From Podarcis filfolensis (taxonomy: Eukaryota), in NCBI GenBank assembly GCA_964270895.1, contig OZ185435.1: DNA of 64,000 nt; one strand, given 5' to 3'. The notes below the pieces were generated by a model that did no database searches, had not been told where the DNA came from, and saw only the letters and a program-made list of their open reading frames with translations. Of this stretch, positions 23,321 through 35,660 are shown one piece after another. The position numbers and the translations under genes are program-made. Position 1 is the stretch's first letter. Each line of letters opens with the position of its first letter.

Positions 23321-26300
23321 AGTCTAGCTACAGGGAGGAAAAAGGAGAATAAGGTTGTGGTGAAGGGACAGGAGATAGACTTGTATTAACATCATGCTGC
23401 CCAAAGGCATACACTGTTCACTCCAACTTCATACAACATACACAGGGCTAATATTGCAGAATCTGAAAGTCATGCTGCAACAGCAAGGGAGTAACTTTTT
23501 GTACAGTATTAACTTCTTGTTGTTGTTTTTGTCACTTTCCTTCTTGTGAACCACGTTAAGTTCCATTATTTTCAATTGATTATTATCAGGGGATGGCTGA
23601 CCCATTTATTCATAAACTCTATAAAAATGTTTTTAGTTTTCTCCAATACTGAAAGTTAAGAATTGCCTCCGGGCAACCAGACAGCAAGACTTTACAAAGT
23701 GAAAAGCGTTTATATTTATTTCAGGCTGCTGCTGTTATAGGTTATGTTGATTTATCTTTTCCACAGCAAAGTTTTATAAAGAGATTTGGGTGGTTTTGTT
23801 CTTTTTCTTATTTTATATATGTAACTTATTTTTAACGCCTTTCCTATCAAAAATGGTATGATTTTGGTGTTTTATTTTGCTTTTACAGGGTTTGTGACTG
23901 TATGTTTTTTATTTTTTTAAAAAAATCAGGTACAAGTCCATAAAACATACTAGCAGAAAAAAAGGATTTATTCTGAAATAAATCCTCTTTTACTGCTAGT
24001 ATGTTTTACGTACTTGTATGCTACTCTGCTGTAGATATTGCTGTATGAAAGTATCAGTAAGTGTGGATATGCTTCATTTAACTCGATCTGTGACTCCTCA
24101 GGGGGCCCACATCTTTAAAAGATTTTTTAAGAAAGGGAGAGAGAGAGAGAGATGAATAAAACAAAATTTGGATTGGGTGTGCAACACGCATTGCCTGTTT
24201 GTGAACTGCCTCCAATCCCACTTCTAGGACATGCTCCGAAAACTGGATCTGTGTGATCTCACCGCTACCTCAAATGGTTACCCACCATTCCACACCTAAC
24301 AGAACAGTAACATTATGTAGAATCAAGAAATATCAGAACAAGGCAGGCCACTTATTTTTCAGATGAATAAAACTGGGTTTTTAATTATGTCTACTTTACA
24401 TAATTACTCTAAGATGGCATCTTATAGTGATCCAATATGCCAAACTCTGAATAATTAAAAACATTTTGAAAATGAATCTTGGAAAACTGAACTTGTTTTC
24501 CTCACATTAATCCTTGAACTAAAGGAACTAAGGATTTGAAATAAAAAGTTTTGAAGTATTCAACCATCAAATAGTTTTTTTTTTATGTTACAGGTCCAAT
24601 TTTCTTTAAAATGCATTTCAAATTCCTATCTTTCAAGAAAATTAAAACTACAATAGGATGTAATAGAGCAATTTATGCAGTTGCCCTAGAAGTGTGAAAC
24701 TCAGTTGTGAGGGACATGCAAATGTGAATTATCTTTACTGATTATCAAAAAAACCAAGGAAGGCTTCTTCAACAGGGCTTTGAAGCCTAAGAGATAATAT
24801 TATAACTCTTTCAATATTTTATCTTGTTGTGCTCCCCAATATTATATTTACAATGAGTTTGTTTTATGTGCTATTAATTTCTTATTTGTATTTTTAATGT
24901 TAGAAATTGCCGTAAGCTTCCCAGCATTTTTCAACAGGAAAATATTTGATTTTCAAAAATAATAATCTGAAGCTTTAAACTCAATTGAGAGAAAATAATT
25001 TGCCTTTTTATTCTTAATAAAAAAGAGAGGGGCTAAGTTCTAGAAGTCATATCTAAACTATTAATAAAATCAACAGCCCTTATTTTCACATATTGGTTGT
25101 GATACATGAAAGTACTGAAACTGCAGCTGATACAGATAGTTGATTCTCAAAAGGCTTATGCATCAGGATTTCTGGAATCCATAAATTAACAAGTGTAGCC
25201 AGTTGTGCAAAACTGGCTGGATTACAGACTCCTGGGGTTGTATCCAATGCAAGTACTACTAAGAGTTACTAATGAAACATAAACCAAAGTTATCAATAAA
25301 CATAACTAATTTAGGTTCACTAATTTCAATGGGTCTACTCCAAGTATAATTAATTGGGTACAACCCCCAAACAACATGTTTTGGATCTAGGTATAAACAG
25401 GCGTGTCTCCTTGCCCTTTTGTAACCAAGTCCAAATACATGTTACTGAAATAATACTATTTCCCCCCATTTACTCGGACTCCAATGAATACACTACATCA
25501 TCACCTAGTGTTGAATTATGAGTGTTTGTAAATTCTCTATGTAGAGTTTCTTCTGTTGTACTCTGAAACACAATGCACACACATGGTGCAACCAACCATG
25601 CTAGTCGCTTTCTACTATGTATGTTAAATTGCTATCCCAGAGCAAAGTTAGATATCGAAGGGGCCAGAAGTAGCCCCAGTGCAATTGTAATAGGGATCCT
25701 TTGGGATTAAAACACAATTTGGGATCTTTCTGGATTAAAATCAAGAAAATAGATGTCCCACACTTACCTGAAAACAGTTTATTCCAATGAAGCTAATACC
25801 ATGACCATTAAATGCCTCTGAATGATGCTTTGATAGCTACCTGCATCCATACCATATAATTTTGATCAGTAAACTTTACTATTGTGTTTGAAGTATATTA
25901 AGGTGTCTGCACATACAAGGAGCAGAAAATTAACTTAATGTGTAAAACTGCAAATCTAACATGCTAAAAAAGTACAATAGTTACAAATCAAGCTATAAAA
26001 TTTCACAAGAATGTATTTGGCATTCCCTCCTGAACTGCGAGGATGTGCCACATATAGTGCAGAATTTAATTTATTTGTATCTTAAGGGCTATGTGAACCA
26101 TAAAGTGTATTTCTCTAAAATTAACTCACCCTGGAACATAATCCTATGCTGGGTACAAACTTAACATACTGTCCCCAATTGAGTTCTTGTTCATGGAGTA
26201 TCAACTCCAAGCATTTTTTAGGCTCTCTTCCATGAATTAACTCTAGGGTCTTATATGCCTCTTTTGGTTCTTCCCTTAATACAGAACAATAATAAAATCC

Positions 26301-26378
26301 CCCACCAATTACCTTCAAAAGAACAAATTGAAAGCAATCAGCATTAATGTAGATTAGCTATGAAAACAAAATACTCAC

Positions 26379-26449
26379 ATAGGGCTGGCATTCAAGGAGC
26401 AATGATCCACCATCATTTCTGGGAGGAAATCCAACTTAAAAGCAGCCAT
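26379..26449 (-). CDS. CELF1: CELF1 first coding exon, long isoform (MAAFKLDFLPEMMVDHCSLNASP); 5'UTR part extends to 26525 or 26583
   Basis: Manual translation matches the CELF1 long N-terminus. The AT|GTGAGT donor joins in frame to C-TCA-AAG-AAA-ATG of the next exon. Confidence 0.93.
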
Positions 26450-27754
26450 CACTTCTCTGCTTACCACAAACCACTAATGCTAGATCACTGTCCTGTCGAA
26501 CCAATTGAACACCACCACTTAATTTCTGAGAGTCTTAACACAGTGATCCACACAAAATAACACTCAAACCACAAGAACACAAGCTTGGGGAGACCAGCAA
26601 CAGACACCACAAAAACAGGCTGGACTGGGAAAGAAACATGAGGACCAGGATTAAAAAGGGGATGTGACCATGTGAAGAGAGACTCAGCTCAGTACACAAT
26701 GAAAATGCTGATGCACTGGGCTTGTTTTGTGCAATTTTCCCTGGCAAAGCAGTACTGAGTGCACTGTCAGATAAACAGAGTGTCAGATCCATGAAGATAG
26801 TTGTGTGCAACAGAGCAGAAAAGAACACAAACTAGCTTCATAGCTTCCAATCAAACTCACTACCACAAAAATATGAGCCCTTAAATATTTCTTTAGGTAG
26901 AATATTCTTAAAACAAGCATCATTACACTGCTTTCCTGGTTTGAGGTCAACTAATCACATTTTATGAGATGGTGGAAGCTTATTAAATCCTGGCTCAACA
27001 TATATATAACCAGGCTCAACATGCTTGCTATGTGGGGCTGGGTAAGATTTCTACTTCCTTCAATAGAACAACATTTCACTTCAGCCTTGAGAATTGCATA
27101 TAGAACAGGGAGAAATCCCAATTGAACCTATTGGTAAGCTTCCCAATTTCACTTGGAAAACAAGGTGAAATTTAGAGACTCCTGGCCAAAGAAGTCATTT
27201 CTTAATATGCTAGCTACAAGATATGAAAAAATCATTGATAGCATTTTTCACTGCAATGCACAATTCAGTCTGAAATTCTCACAGTGTTAAACTCTCAAGC
27301 TCTGGCATTAAGTTGAAGTCCTTTCTCCTTTTCCAAAATTGCTTTCCCACACGTTAGTTAAAACCTTCTTCAGACACACGTTTTACCAAACTGACACATA
27401 GTTCTAAAAAAAAGGTGGGTAAATTATGCATATTAACTTTCCTACACCTACCATGGAGTGTCTTCTTTCAAATGAAGTTCGGGTTCCTTGGTGCCTTCAA
27501 GGCTAATTCTGAACTACCGTAGAAATCAACTCTGATACCTGTTGAATGTACCAATCTCCATTTAGTTAGCTTGTTTATTTCCTGGCTAGTCTCTATTACT
27601 TCTATTGTTCTTACTTGCAAACCAGGTCAGAAGCTAAGTGCCTGGTAATATGATGGCTTATATTTACTGTTTCAACAACCACTTCTGGAGAATGACTGTC
27701 ATGTTAAAGGCAGTTGCATGCTCATTGTCCTAAAGCTGTAGTGCTCAAACTTAC

Positions 27755-27832
27755 TAGTTATACATAGATGATTAACCGCTTATTGGTTTTCTTTGAAGTA
27801 TGAGTCAGTATAATTTACCTCAATAAAAATAA
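27755..27832 (-). other. CELF1: Candidate non-coding 5'UTR exon of CELF1 (78 nt)
   Basis: Pyrimidine-rich acceptor tgtgttctcatcttcag| at 27834-27833 and donor CTA|GTAAGT at 27754. Not verifiable without transcripts. Confidence 0.5.
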
Positions 27833-27849
27833 CTGAAGATGAGAACACA

Positions 27850-28520
27850 GAGAACCAAAATGATTAGGAGGTTGAAGCATCTCCCCTGTGAGGAAAGATT
27901 AGGCTTGGGGCTTTTTGCTTTAAAAAATGACAATAAGGGGGGTGTGATGGAGGTGTGTAAAGTTAAAGTGTGTAGAGAAAATGGAAATAGATCTCCTTCC
28001 TCTCAGAATGTAGTCACCCAATGAAACTGAATGGTGGGATATTCTGGACAGATAAAAGCACTTTTTTCTACAGCAGAATTCACTTGTACAAGTTACAGAT
28101 AGGTAGCCGTGTTGGTCTGCCATACCTATCTGTGTGTATCTGAAGAAGTGTGCATGCACACGAAAGCTCATACCAAGAACTAACTTAGTTGGTCTTTAAG
28201 GTGCTACTGGAAGGAAAAAAATTCACTTGTACAAGTTGAAGAAGTGATGACCACCAACTCTGATGACTCTAAAAGGAGATTAGATAAATTCATGGACGAT
28301 AAGGCTATCACTCACTATTGTTCACAATAACTATATTATCTCCACTATCAGAGGCAATATGCCTCTGAATATCAGTTGCTGGGAAACACAAGTAGGAAGT
28401 GCTGTTATGTGTCATGTTCTGCCTGAGTGTTTTTCACAGACGTCTGGTTGGTTGCTGTGAGAACAGAAAGTTGGATTAGATGGGCTTTTGGTCTGATCCA
28501 GCTAGTCTCTTATGTTGTTA
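27850..28520 (+). mobile_element. Degenerate CR1 LINE 3' end, interrupted by a Penelope-like insertion
   Basis: CR1 phrases (gaaactgaatggtgggatattctggacagataaaag; aaaaggagattagataaattcatgga; gatgggcttttggtctgatcc). Confidence 0.7.
28095..28219 (+). mobile_element. Short Penelope-like-element (pLTR) insertion with a minimal hammerhead ribozyme motif at 28136-28173
   Basis: 18-bp TSD aattcacttgtacaagtt (28077-28094 and 28220-28237). Core GTAT-CTGAAGA-A-GTGTGCATGCACAC-GAAA-GCTC-ATAC. Confidence 0.75.
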
Positions 28521-29379
28521 TGATTATGTAACCCAACTTCTTTAAATCTTTTTCCCCCATCACACTCAATACTCCTCTCTTTTGAGGAGTGTAAATCAGC
28601 AATTGAGGTTAAAGATAGAGGATTCTAAACTCAAGAGGGGGGAAGCAGAAGGATGAATTGATTATGCTTCTGCCATTACATGCAAAATGAGGGATGACTA
28701 TATTTAACTGCAGCAAAAGCAGTAAATAAGAGTCCCACTTTGCATGTTACAATAGAAAACAAGTGTGCTTCTCTGTGATATATGAGCCATCTCTCTGAGA
28801 CCAAAACCTATAGATCCAGTGAACTGACCTCTCATAATAGAACCAAAGTTACTTTCCTGACACTGGTTCAGGGTAGTCTACAACTTTAGTTTACAAACTA
28901 CTCTAAACATCCTTTAAGCCACAGTAGCTCTGCTGCTTATTAGATTTACTAAACTAAAGGGGGAGGGAATGCAACACTCAGTCCAATATCCTTGGCAGCG
29001 TAGGAACATGTCTGTCCACAAGAGATAATGGCTTGTTTATGTACAAAAACTAAAGAAGATGGCAACCTGCAATTCAACCAAGTGGGTATGGCTCCATGTG
29101 GCAGGTTGTTCGTGTTAACAGTCCCCCCATGAGGTTTGGGCAATGCCAAAGAAATCATTCTTTTATGCTTTTATAATACACAGCAAGAATGGTCAACTGA
29201 TAGCTCATGGATCACATCCTGCATTTGCAGCAATTTTATCAAGCCCCCAGTGATTTGACTAAATTTCACACATACTAAATAGGCAACAAAATACCAAATG
29301 AGTAGCAAAGGGATATTAATTACAGCAGAAAATCCTAACTTCACACATACAATGAGGGGTGTCTAAACTAGCTGTAATT

Positions 29380-29641
29380 CAGGGCTGTCTTTACCCAGGG
29401 GTGCAAGGAATTCTGGGGAGCGCCAAATGCATACCAACTGTATACGGATTCCTCTCAATCGGCAGCAGTGAAAAGCAATGGAGCGAAAGTTCCTGCCCCC
29501 CCCCCAGTGTCAAATATTCCCGACGAGTCAGGAAACAAAAGCAGTTATTTCCTACTCAACTTTGGCTCCCCACTCCCAAAAAATTGGGGATGCTGGACGG
29601 ATCTTTGGACCCCGGCGTTGCATATGCTAAAGACAGCCCTG
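29380..29641. mobile_element. hAT-superfamily MITE
   Basis: Perfect 14-bp TIRs CAGGGCTGTCTTTA / TAAAGACAGCCCTG and an 8-bp TSD CTGTAATT (29372-29379 and 29642-29649), 262 bp. Confidence 0.92.
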
Positions 29642-30017
29642 CTGTAATTACTCAAATAATGTAGACAGGGGACCTTAACTTGTGACCTCCACATGTTGAT
29701 GGACTTCATACTCCCATCAATCCTAGCCAGCACGGTCAATGGTCAGCAATTATAGATCGACTCCACCTAAATCACTGTGTATGCAACTTCTGTGAGCATA
29801 ATGGAACTCCCTCTCCCCTTCCTCCCCCTACACTGACACCAAATCTGCTCTGAGGCTTGGGGAAAACCCCAGATCAGACTGGGGCTTCACACCAGAGAGA
29901 AGAGGGAGTGGAAGTTCTGTTGCACCTGCAGAAGTTGTTTGACATGCAAAATGATTTGGCTGCATACAACCCCTATGTAAGTTGTAGCCTTACAAAATCT
30001 GGACAGCCACAGATTAG

Positions 30018-30270
30018 AAGAAGAAGAAGAGGAGGAGTTTGGATTTGATATCCCGCCTTTCACTCCCTTTAAGGAGTCTCAAAGCGGCTAACATTCTCCT
30101 TTCCCTTCCTCCCCCACAACAAACACTCTGTGAGGTGAGTGGGGCTGAGAGACTTCAGAGAAGTGTGACTGGCCCAAGGTCACCCAGCAGCTGCATGTGG
30201 AGGAGCGGAGACGCGAACCCGGTTCTCCAGATTACGAGACTACCGCTCTTAACCACTACACCACACTGGC
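30018..30270 (-). mobile_element. Full-length tRNA-derived squamate SINE (Squam3 type)
   Basis: Minus strand begins GCCAGTGTGGTGTAGTGGTTAAGAGC (A box), contains GGTTCGCGTCTCC (B box) and ends in a (CTT)n tail. Flanking 9-bp repeat acagattag (30009-30017 and 30284-30292). Confidence 0.88.
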
Positions 30271-30561
30271 TACACCACACTATACAGATTAGCCATCCCA
30301 GTATAGAAAATGTGAACTGACCAATGATGTCCACCCACTTGCACAACAGAAATCTGCTTATGCCCACGGAAGCCTCCAAACAACAACAACAATCTGTTCG
30401 GGGGAGTTCCCCTAGAACTCAGAGTCCTAGGGGAATTAACAGAATTCAGCCATGATAGCTAAGCAGCTTTTTCATAGTCAGAGGAAACACACCTCAAGAT
30501 GCCAGAGACTAGAAGATTAATAATACAAGATGCTTGCAATCTTCCTAGGACTCAATTGGTT

Positions 30562-30830
30562 TCATAGAATCATGGAGTTGGAAGGTATCCCAAGGGTCAT
30601 CTAGTCCAGCTCCCTGCGATCATCCATGACAGATGGACATCCAAACTCTGCTTAAAAACCTCCAAGGAAGGAGAGTCCACTACCTCCCAAAGGAGTCAGT
30701 TCCACTGTCAAACAGCTCTTACCATCAGAAAGTTCTTCCTAATGCTTAGTTGGAATCTTGTAATTTGAATCCAATCGCTCAGTTCCTACCCTCTGGAATA
30801 GCAGGGGGGAAAAGCTTGTTCCACCTTCCC
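30562..30830 (-). mobile_element. CR1 LINE 3' end
   Basis: catagaatcatggagttggaaggtatcccaagggtcatctagtcc is the reverse of the CR1 tail seen at 13355-13407. Confidence 0.75.
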
Positions 30831-31181
30831 TGTTTCTCCTTCCTGGAAACTGAATGATGGACTAGACTAGATGGTGATCTAATAGGGCAGTGCCTATGGC
30901 TGGAGAAAGTGGGTCACTTGCTTATGAAATTTACTGGGACAAGGAGCTCACATCTCTCAGGACAACTAGTGAAGCTAGAAAACTAAGCTCCTCAGATGGA
31001 ATACAACTGTGATGTAGATCACTGTATCAGTGCAATACTAATTGATAAGTAAATCCCATTGATCTCAAAGGAAACTTACTTCCAGGCAAGTGTGTATGGT
31101 ATAACATAAGACTGCCAGTCACGTAGTAGACTGGTCACACCCAAACAGGACATCTTTATTTGACCTAGTTAAAATTCTCTA

Positions 31182-31348
31182 CAGTGGTACCTCCGGTTGT
31201 GGACGGGATCCGTTCCGGAGCTCCGGTTGGATCCCGAGGTTTCCGCAACTGGAGGGACCGCTTCTGCACATGTGGCAAAACCCCGGAAATATACTTCCGA
31301 GTTTGCCACTTACGGATCCTGAAGTTTAGGTAAGCGAAGGTATGACTG
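31182..31348. mobile_element. Tc1/mariner (Tigger-like) MITE
   Basis: TA-CAGTGGTACCTC...AAGGTATGACTG-TA, 167 bp. Related to 13537-13736. Confidence 0.85.
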
Positions 31349-31635
31349 TATTGTTTAAGGGAGATAAAACATTTCAAACTGGGTAAGTAGAAGGCAAATA
31401 TTTGTATAAACACACACAGAGCACTCTGTATCTTCATACATACCTTCAACCAGATGCACTGGGTATGGAGAGTGTTGAAAAGAAGTTATGATGTTGTTAA
31501 GTTTCATGGTTGTGAATGCTTGCATGTTTGTGTGCAAATATTCATGTTATGATTTGTATATAAACAGCTTTTGGTATGAAGGCCCCAGATGTGATGAACA
31601 GCATATTAATTCAAAAAAAGTATAAAAGTACTGTG

Positions 31636-31862
31636 CAGTCATACCTTGGAAATCAAACGGAATCCATTGTGGAAGTCTGACTTCCAAAACCAAAGCGTGG
31701 CTTCTGATTGGCTGCAGGAAGCTCCTACAACCAATCGGAAGCCCTGCCGGACGTTCGGCTTCCAAAAATAGTTCACAAACCAGAACACTCACCTCCGGGT
31801 TTGTGGCATTCGGGAGCCAAAATGTTCGAGAACTAAGCTGTTCAAAAACCAAGGTACGACTG
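31636..31862. mobile_element. Tc1/mariner (Tigger-like) MITE
   Basis: CAGTCATACCTTGG...CCAAGGTACGACTG-TA, 227 bp. Confidence 0.8.
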
Positions 31863-32516
31863 TAAATGCCAAACAATATAAGATCACAATATCAACAAAT
31901 ATCTCCAACCACACAGGATATGTATTTGTGAGCTGCAATCTGCTCTCACAACAGACACAATTCCCCAGCATTGCATTTCTAACTTGGAAGCCAGTACATT
32001 CATATCCATCCCTCCTGCCTCGCTTGAATCTCTCACTTGGGGCTGTAGGAGCAAGCCCATCCACACCCAACTGCCTTCACCATACACCCAAGCCAAAAGG
32101 GCAATCTCTTCTTTGAGGCCACCCCACTGAAGCTGATCTACAATGAACAACAGCAATCAACTAAACAGAACTGTCTCCTGGACACCAGCTACAGCTATAA
32201 CAAAGTTTTTGTTTTTCATGGGCAAGGCTTACAGGCTAAACCTTCTGGCTCCTCCAAGAGGCTACTGTTTTCCAGGTAACATGTAACATAGGGGAAAAGA
32301 TGTGAGGAAGGTAATCAGTGTGCATGTTTGTGAATGTTTGTCTATATACAGAAAGTGGGAAAAGAGCAGCCTTCCCCAACCTAGTGTCCCCCATATGTCC
32401 TGGACTACACCTCTTTAGCCTTGCTTTTGACAATTGATGTATATTTTAAGGACACATTTTATTTGTGTAATTTTAAGTTGTTTTAAACTGTTTTTAATAT
32501 TGTGGAAAATCGTGTA

Positions 32517-32758
32517 CAGTGGTACCTCGGTTTATGAACTTACATCTGTTCCGGAAGTCCATTCTTAAACCGAAACCATTCTTAAACCATGGTGCGCTTT
32601 CCCTAATGAGGTCTCCCGCCGCCGGTGCCCTTCCACCATTCAGATTCCGTTCTTAGACCGAGGTAAAGTTCTCAAACTGGGACACTACTTCCGGTTTTGC
32701 GGAGTTTGTAAACCAAATCGTTCTTAAACTAGACTGTTCTTAAACCAAGGTACCACTG
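32517..32758. mobile_element. Tc1/mariner (Tigger-like) MITE
   Basis: TA-CAGTGGTACCTCGGTTTA...TAAACCAAGGTACCACTG-TA, 242 bp. Confidence 0.87.
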
Positions 32759-32844
32759 TATGAATATTAATGTTGCATTTTAATTCTGGGATCTTAGGAT
32801 AAAGGGGGGGGGATACTAAACTGTAGTAGTAGTAATAGAACTCC

Positions 32845-33090
32845 CATCAACCTTGACCATTGTCCAGTCGAATTTGACTATGGAGTGAAGTGCTCATCTC
32901 CGCTTTCAGGCCGAGGGAGCCAGTGTTTGTCCACAGACAGTTTTCCGGGTCATGTGGCCAACATGAGTAAACCACTTATGGCACAACGTGACACCATGAT
33001 GGAAGCCAGAGTGCATGGAAATGTCATTTACTTTCCAGCCACAGTAATATCTATTTATCTACTCGAGCCAGTATGCTTTTGAACTGCTCA
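32845..33090 (+). mobile_element. Degenerate Sauria SINE body
   Basis: Diagnostic phrases gctcatctccgct...ggccgagggagcc, ttccgggtcatgtggccaacatga and ctatttatctact...gcttttgaactgct. Strand assignment tentative. Confidence 0.7.
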
Positions 33091-35269
33091 TGGATGTTAA
33101 ATCTCTCTGGTTATCTGGGAGATAATATTGCATCAAAATGCAGCACACCATATTCCTGAGATACCATCACAGGAACCAAGCAGTAAAAATATGTGGTGCA
33201 CAACCTTAGAACACAGTGTCCTATGGGGCGTGCCTTTCATTTTACACTGGACTTCAAAGGCAGAAGCAGTACAAGTCTCCCTGGTTTGGTAGCTCCAACC
33301 CAAGCACAAATTCACCCCTCTCCCAAGTTTTCTAAGTATAATAATGGTTGGTGTGTATGCCAACTCAAAGTTTATGGGCCCACATTATCAAATAATTACA
33401 GAATTTATAATGCCCTTTCATAAATATATTTCTCCCAACCGATGACAGGGTCTTCAAACACCCCCGATGAAAAATATTCATTGTTTCAAAGTTTAAGTCT
33501 CTGATCTTCTGAGCTAACCCATTCACAGGCTAGTTACTTTATCAACAAGATATATTCCAAGTCCATTAGCACTGCCAGAGACCAACATTATCATCTTTTG
33601 CTTGCTTAGTTGTAGCAAAAATGCATACAAACTAACAGGTTGGCAAATGCAGGGACTGGAAGCCTGGTTGAAATACAATGCAACACACAAGGCCATCCAC
33701 TCTGCAAGCTAGTTTGCAGCATTTGTACCAATACAGAAGACATGAAGAACTGTTTTAGCTCCAAGTTCTCTTGAGGAGCAAAAAATTCAGCGGTTTTACC
33801 CTTACATGGTTGCTAAGAGAAGCTAGCTTCTGCTCTGCCCGCTAATATATACATACCCAGTGAGAGTTAACGAAGCTATTTCACATTTAGAAATGTAGCA
33901 AAATATGTTTAGTGAAGAAAATGTCCAATTTATATAACCAAAAATCTAGATGCCATGAACAGATGCAAGGAAACTTAATTGACAGGGGAAAATGTGTTAA
34001 ACTCACCCACTTTTCAAATGTTAATGGACAAGTGGATACTACAGAAAATTTCTGAACAATGGGAGAGACAAGGATCTGCATGCATGCAGACTAGTTATAA
34101 TTACATTCATAAAAAAGACAGAGTGATACAGACAAATTCAGGAGCAAGGTGACAAATACAGACATAATTTTGACAGCTTGGTCTGGGAATTATGATATTC
34201 ACTTTCCTGTGAAAAATAAATGGGGGGGGGCAGAAATTAAGGTAACTGTCTTTCTTAGCACATGCATAAATTTAAAAATAAAGTTAGGTTGAACAGCATA
34301 AGAATATTTTACAGTTTCACAATGGTAAAATTAAGAAATGAGTGGTACTTTTTAATAATAAAACTTTTAAGGATACTAGTTCTGGGGCCTGTACTAGTAT
34401 CGGCCTTATTCTAGGCCTTGCAATGTTCTCGGCCTTGCAATGAGGTTATCACTGCCATGCAACTCAGCTTCAGAGACAGGCTGCAAGGAAATCACTATGC
34501 AGCACGCTCAAGCTAGGGAAAAGAAGAAGTGGATGGTAGGCATGAAAAATTTGCTGGATAACAAGGCAGGATTTAAGCTGATAAGGTTGGGCTCTTAAAT
34601 AAGTTAGACCCTGGGTAAGAAGAGGCCTTCAAGGACTAGGCTGACTTCTTCATAGACAATGGTACTGTATTTACCGGCAAGTTAAACAAGCATTGCCCAG
34701 ATACCCAGAAACACAAATGGTGGTGGAATAGCATATGTCTGGAAAAAAGTGTCCAGAGACATCTGTAAGATCATCCAGAGATGAAGAAGTAATGAACACA
34801 TCTTCAGGACAGTGCATTTTTGAATTAAACAAAACGAGCATTTCCAATTTTGCAGCTACTCTTACAGCAAGAAATATATTAAGGACAAGTGCATATGGAA
34901 AGCACCAGATTCCATATGCTTTAAAATGTGTCAGGGATGATACACACTCTGGTGTATCACATTTTACACAGGACAAAAATCCCTTCATGAACCCACCAAT
35001 CAGCCTTCATTCTGAGACACATAGATTGGATTACCTCTATCTTTGCATTGACAGCTATGCATGACAGCAAGCAAAAAATAATCAAGCCTCATTTAAAGCA
35101 AAACAGAGACACATGATTTAATCCATGCTGCAGGAACAAATATGGACTCAGATTGTGTATTTGTTTCTGGTCCTACTTCTGGTCCCACTAATATATATCT
35201 TTTTTTATTGGAACCAGGGAGAGGGCTTTCTGTGGCTGCATGGTAGATGCTTATAGAATTATGCATGGA

Positions 35270-35660
35270 ATGGACAAAGTGCAGATAATTTTTTTTCTTC
35301 CTGTCTCATAATACTTATCAACATCCAATGAAACTGAACGTTGAAAGATTTAGGACAGATAAAAGAAGGTACGTCTACAACCAGCACATAGTCAAACTCA
35401 CTCCCCCAGGAAGCAATGATGGTGAACAACTTGGGTGGTTTTAAAAGAGGATTATTAGACAAATTCATGGAGGAGAGAGCTCTCAATGCCTACTAGCCAT
35501 AATGGCTATGCTCCACCTCCACAGTTGGGAGGCAGCAATCCTTCTGAATACCAGTTGTTGGAATCCTGGTTTTTAACAGGCATCTGATTGGCCATTGTGA
35601 GAACAGGATACTGGACTAGTTGGGCCACTGGTCTGATCCAGCAGGCTATTCTTATGTTCT
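35270..35660 (+). mobile_element. CR1 LINE 3' end
   Basis: ttttaaaagaggattagacaaattcatggagga...ggtctgatccagcaggctattcttatgttctta tail. Confidence 0.72.

Noticed and set aside
25761-26312. Strong donor-like motifs CAG|GTAAGT (25767) and AGG|GTGAGT (26129) as cassette exons
   Set aside because: No convincing paired acceptor; the nearest would need a 66-nt intron and gives an immediate stop.
30190-30270. tRNA-like A and B boxes as a tRNA gene
   Set aside because: It is the head of a SINE with body, tail and TSD, not a cloverleaf tRNA.
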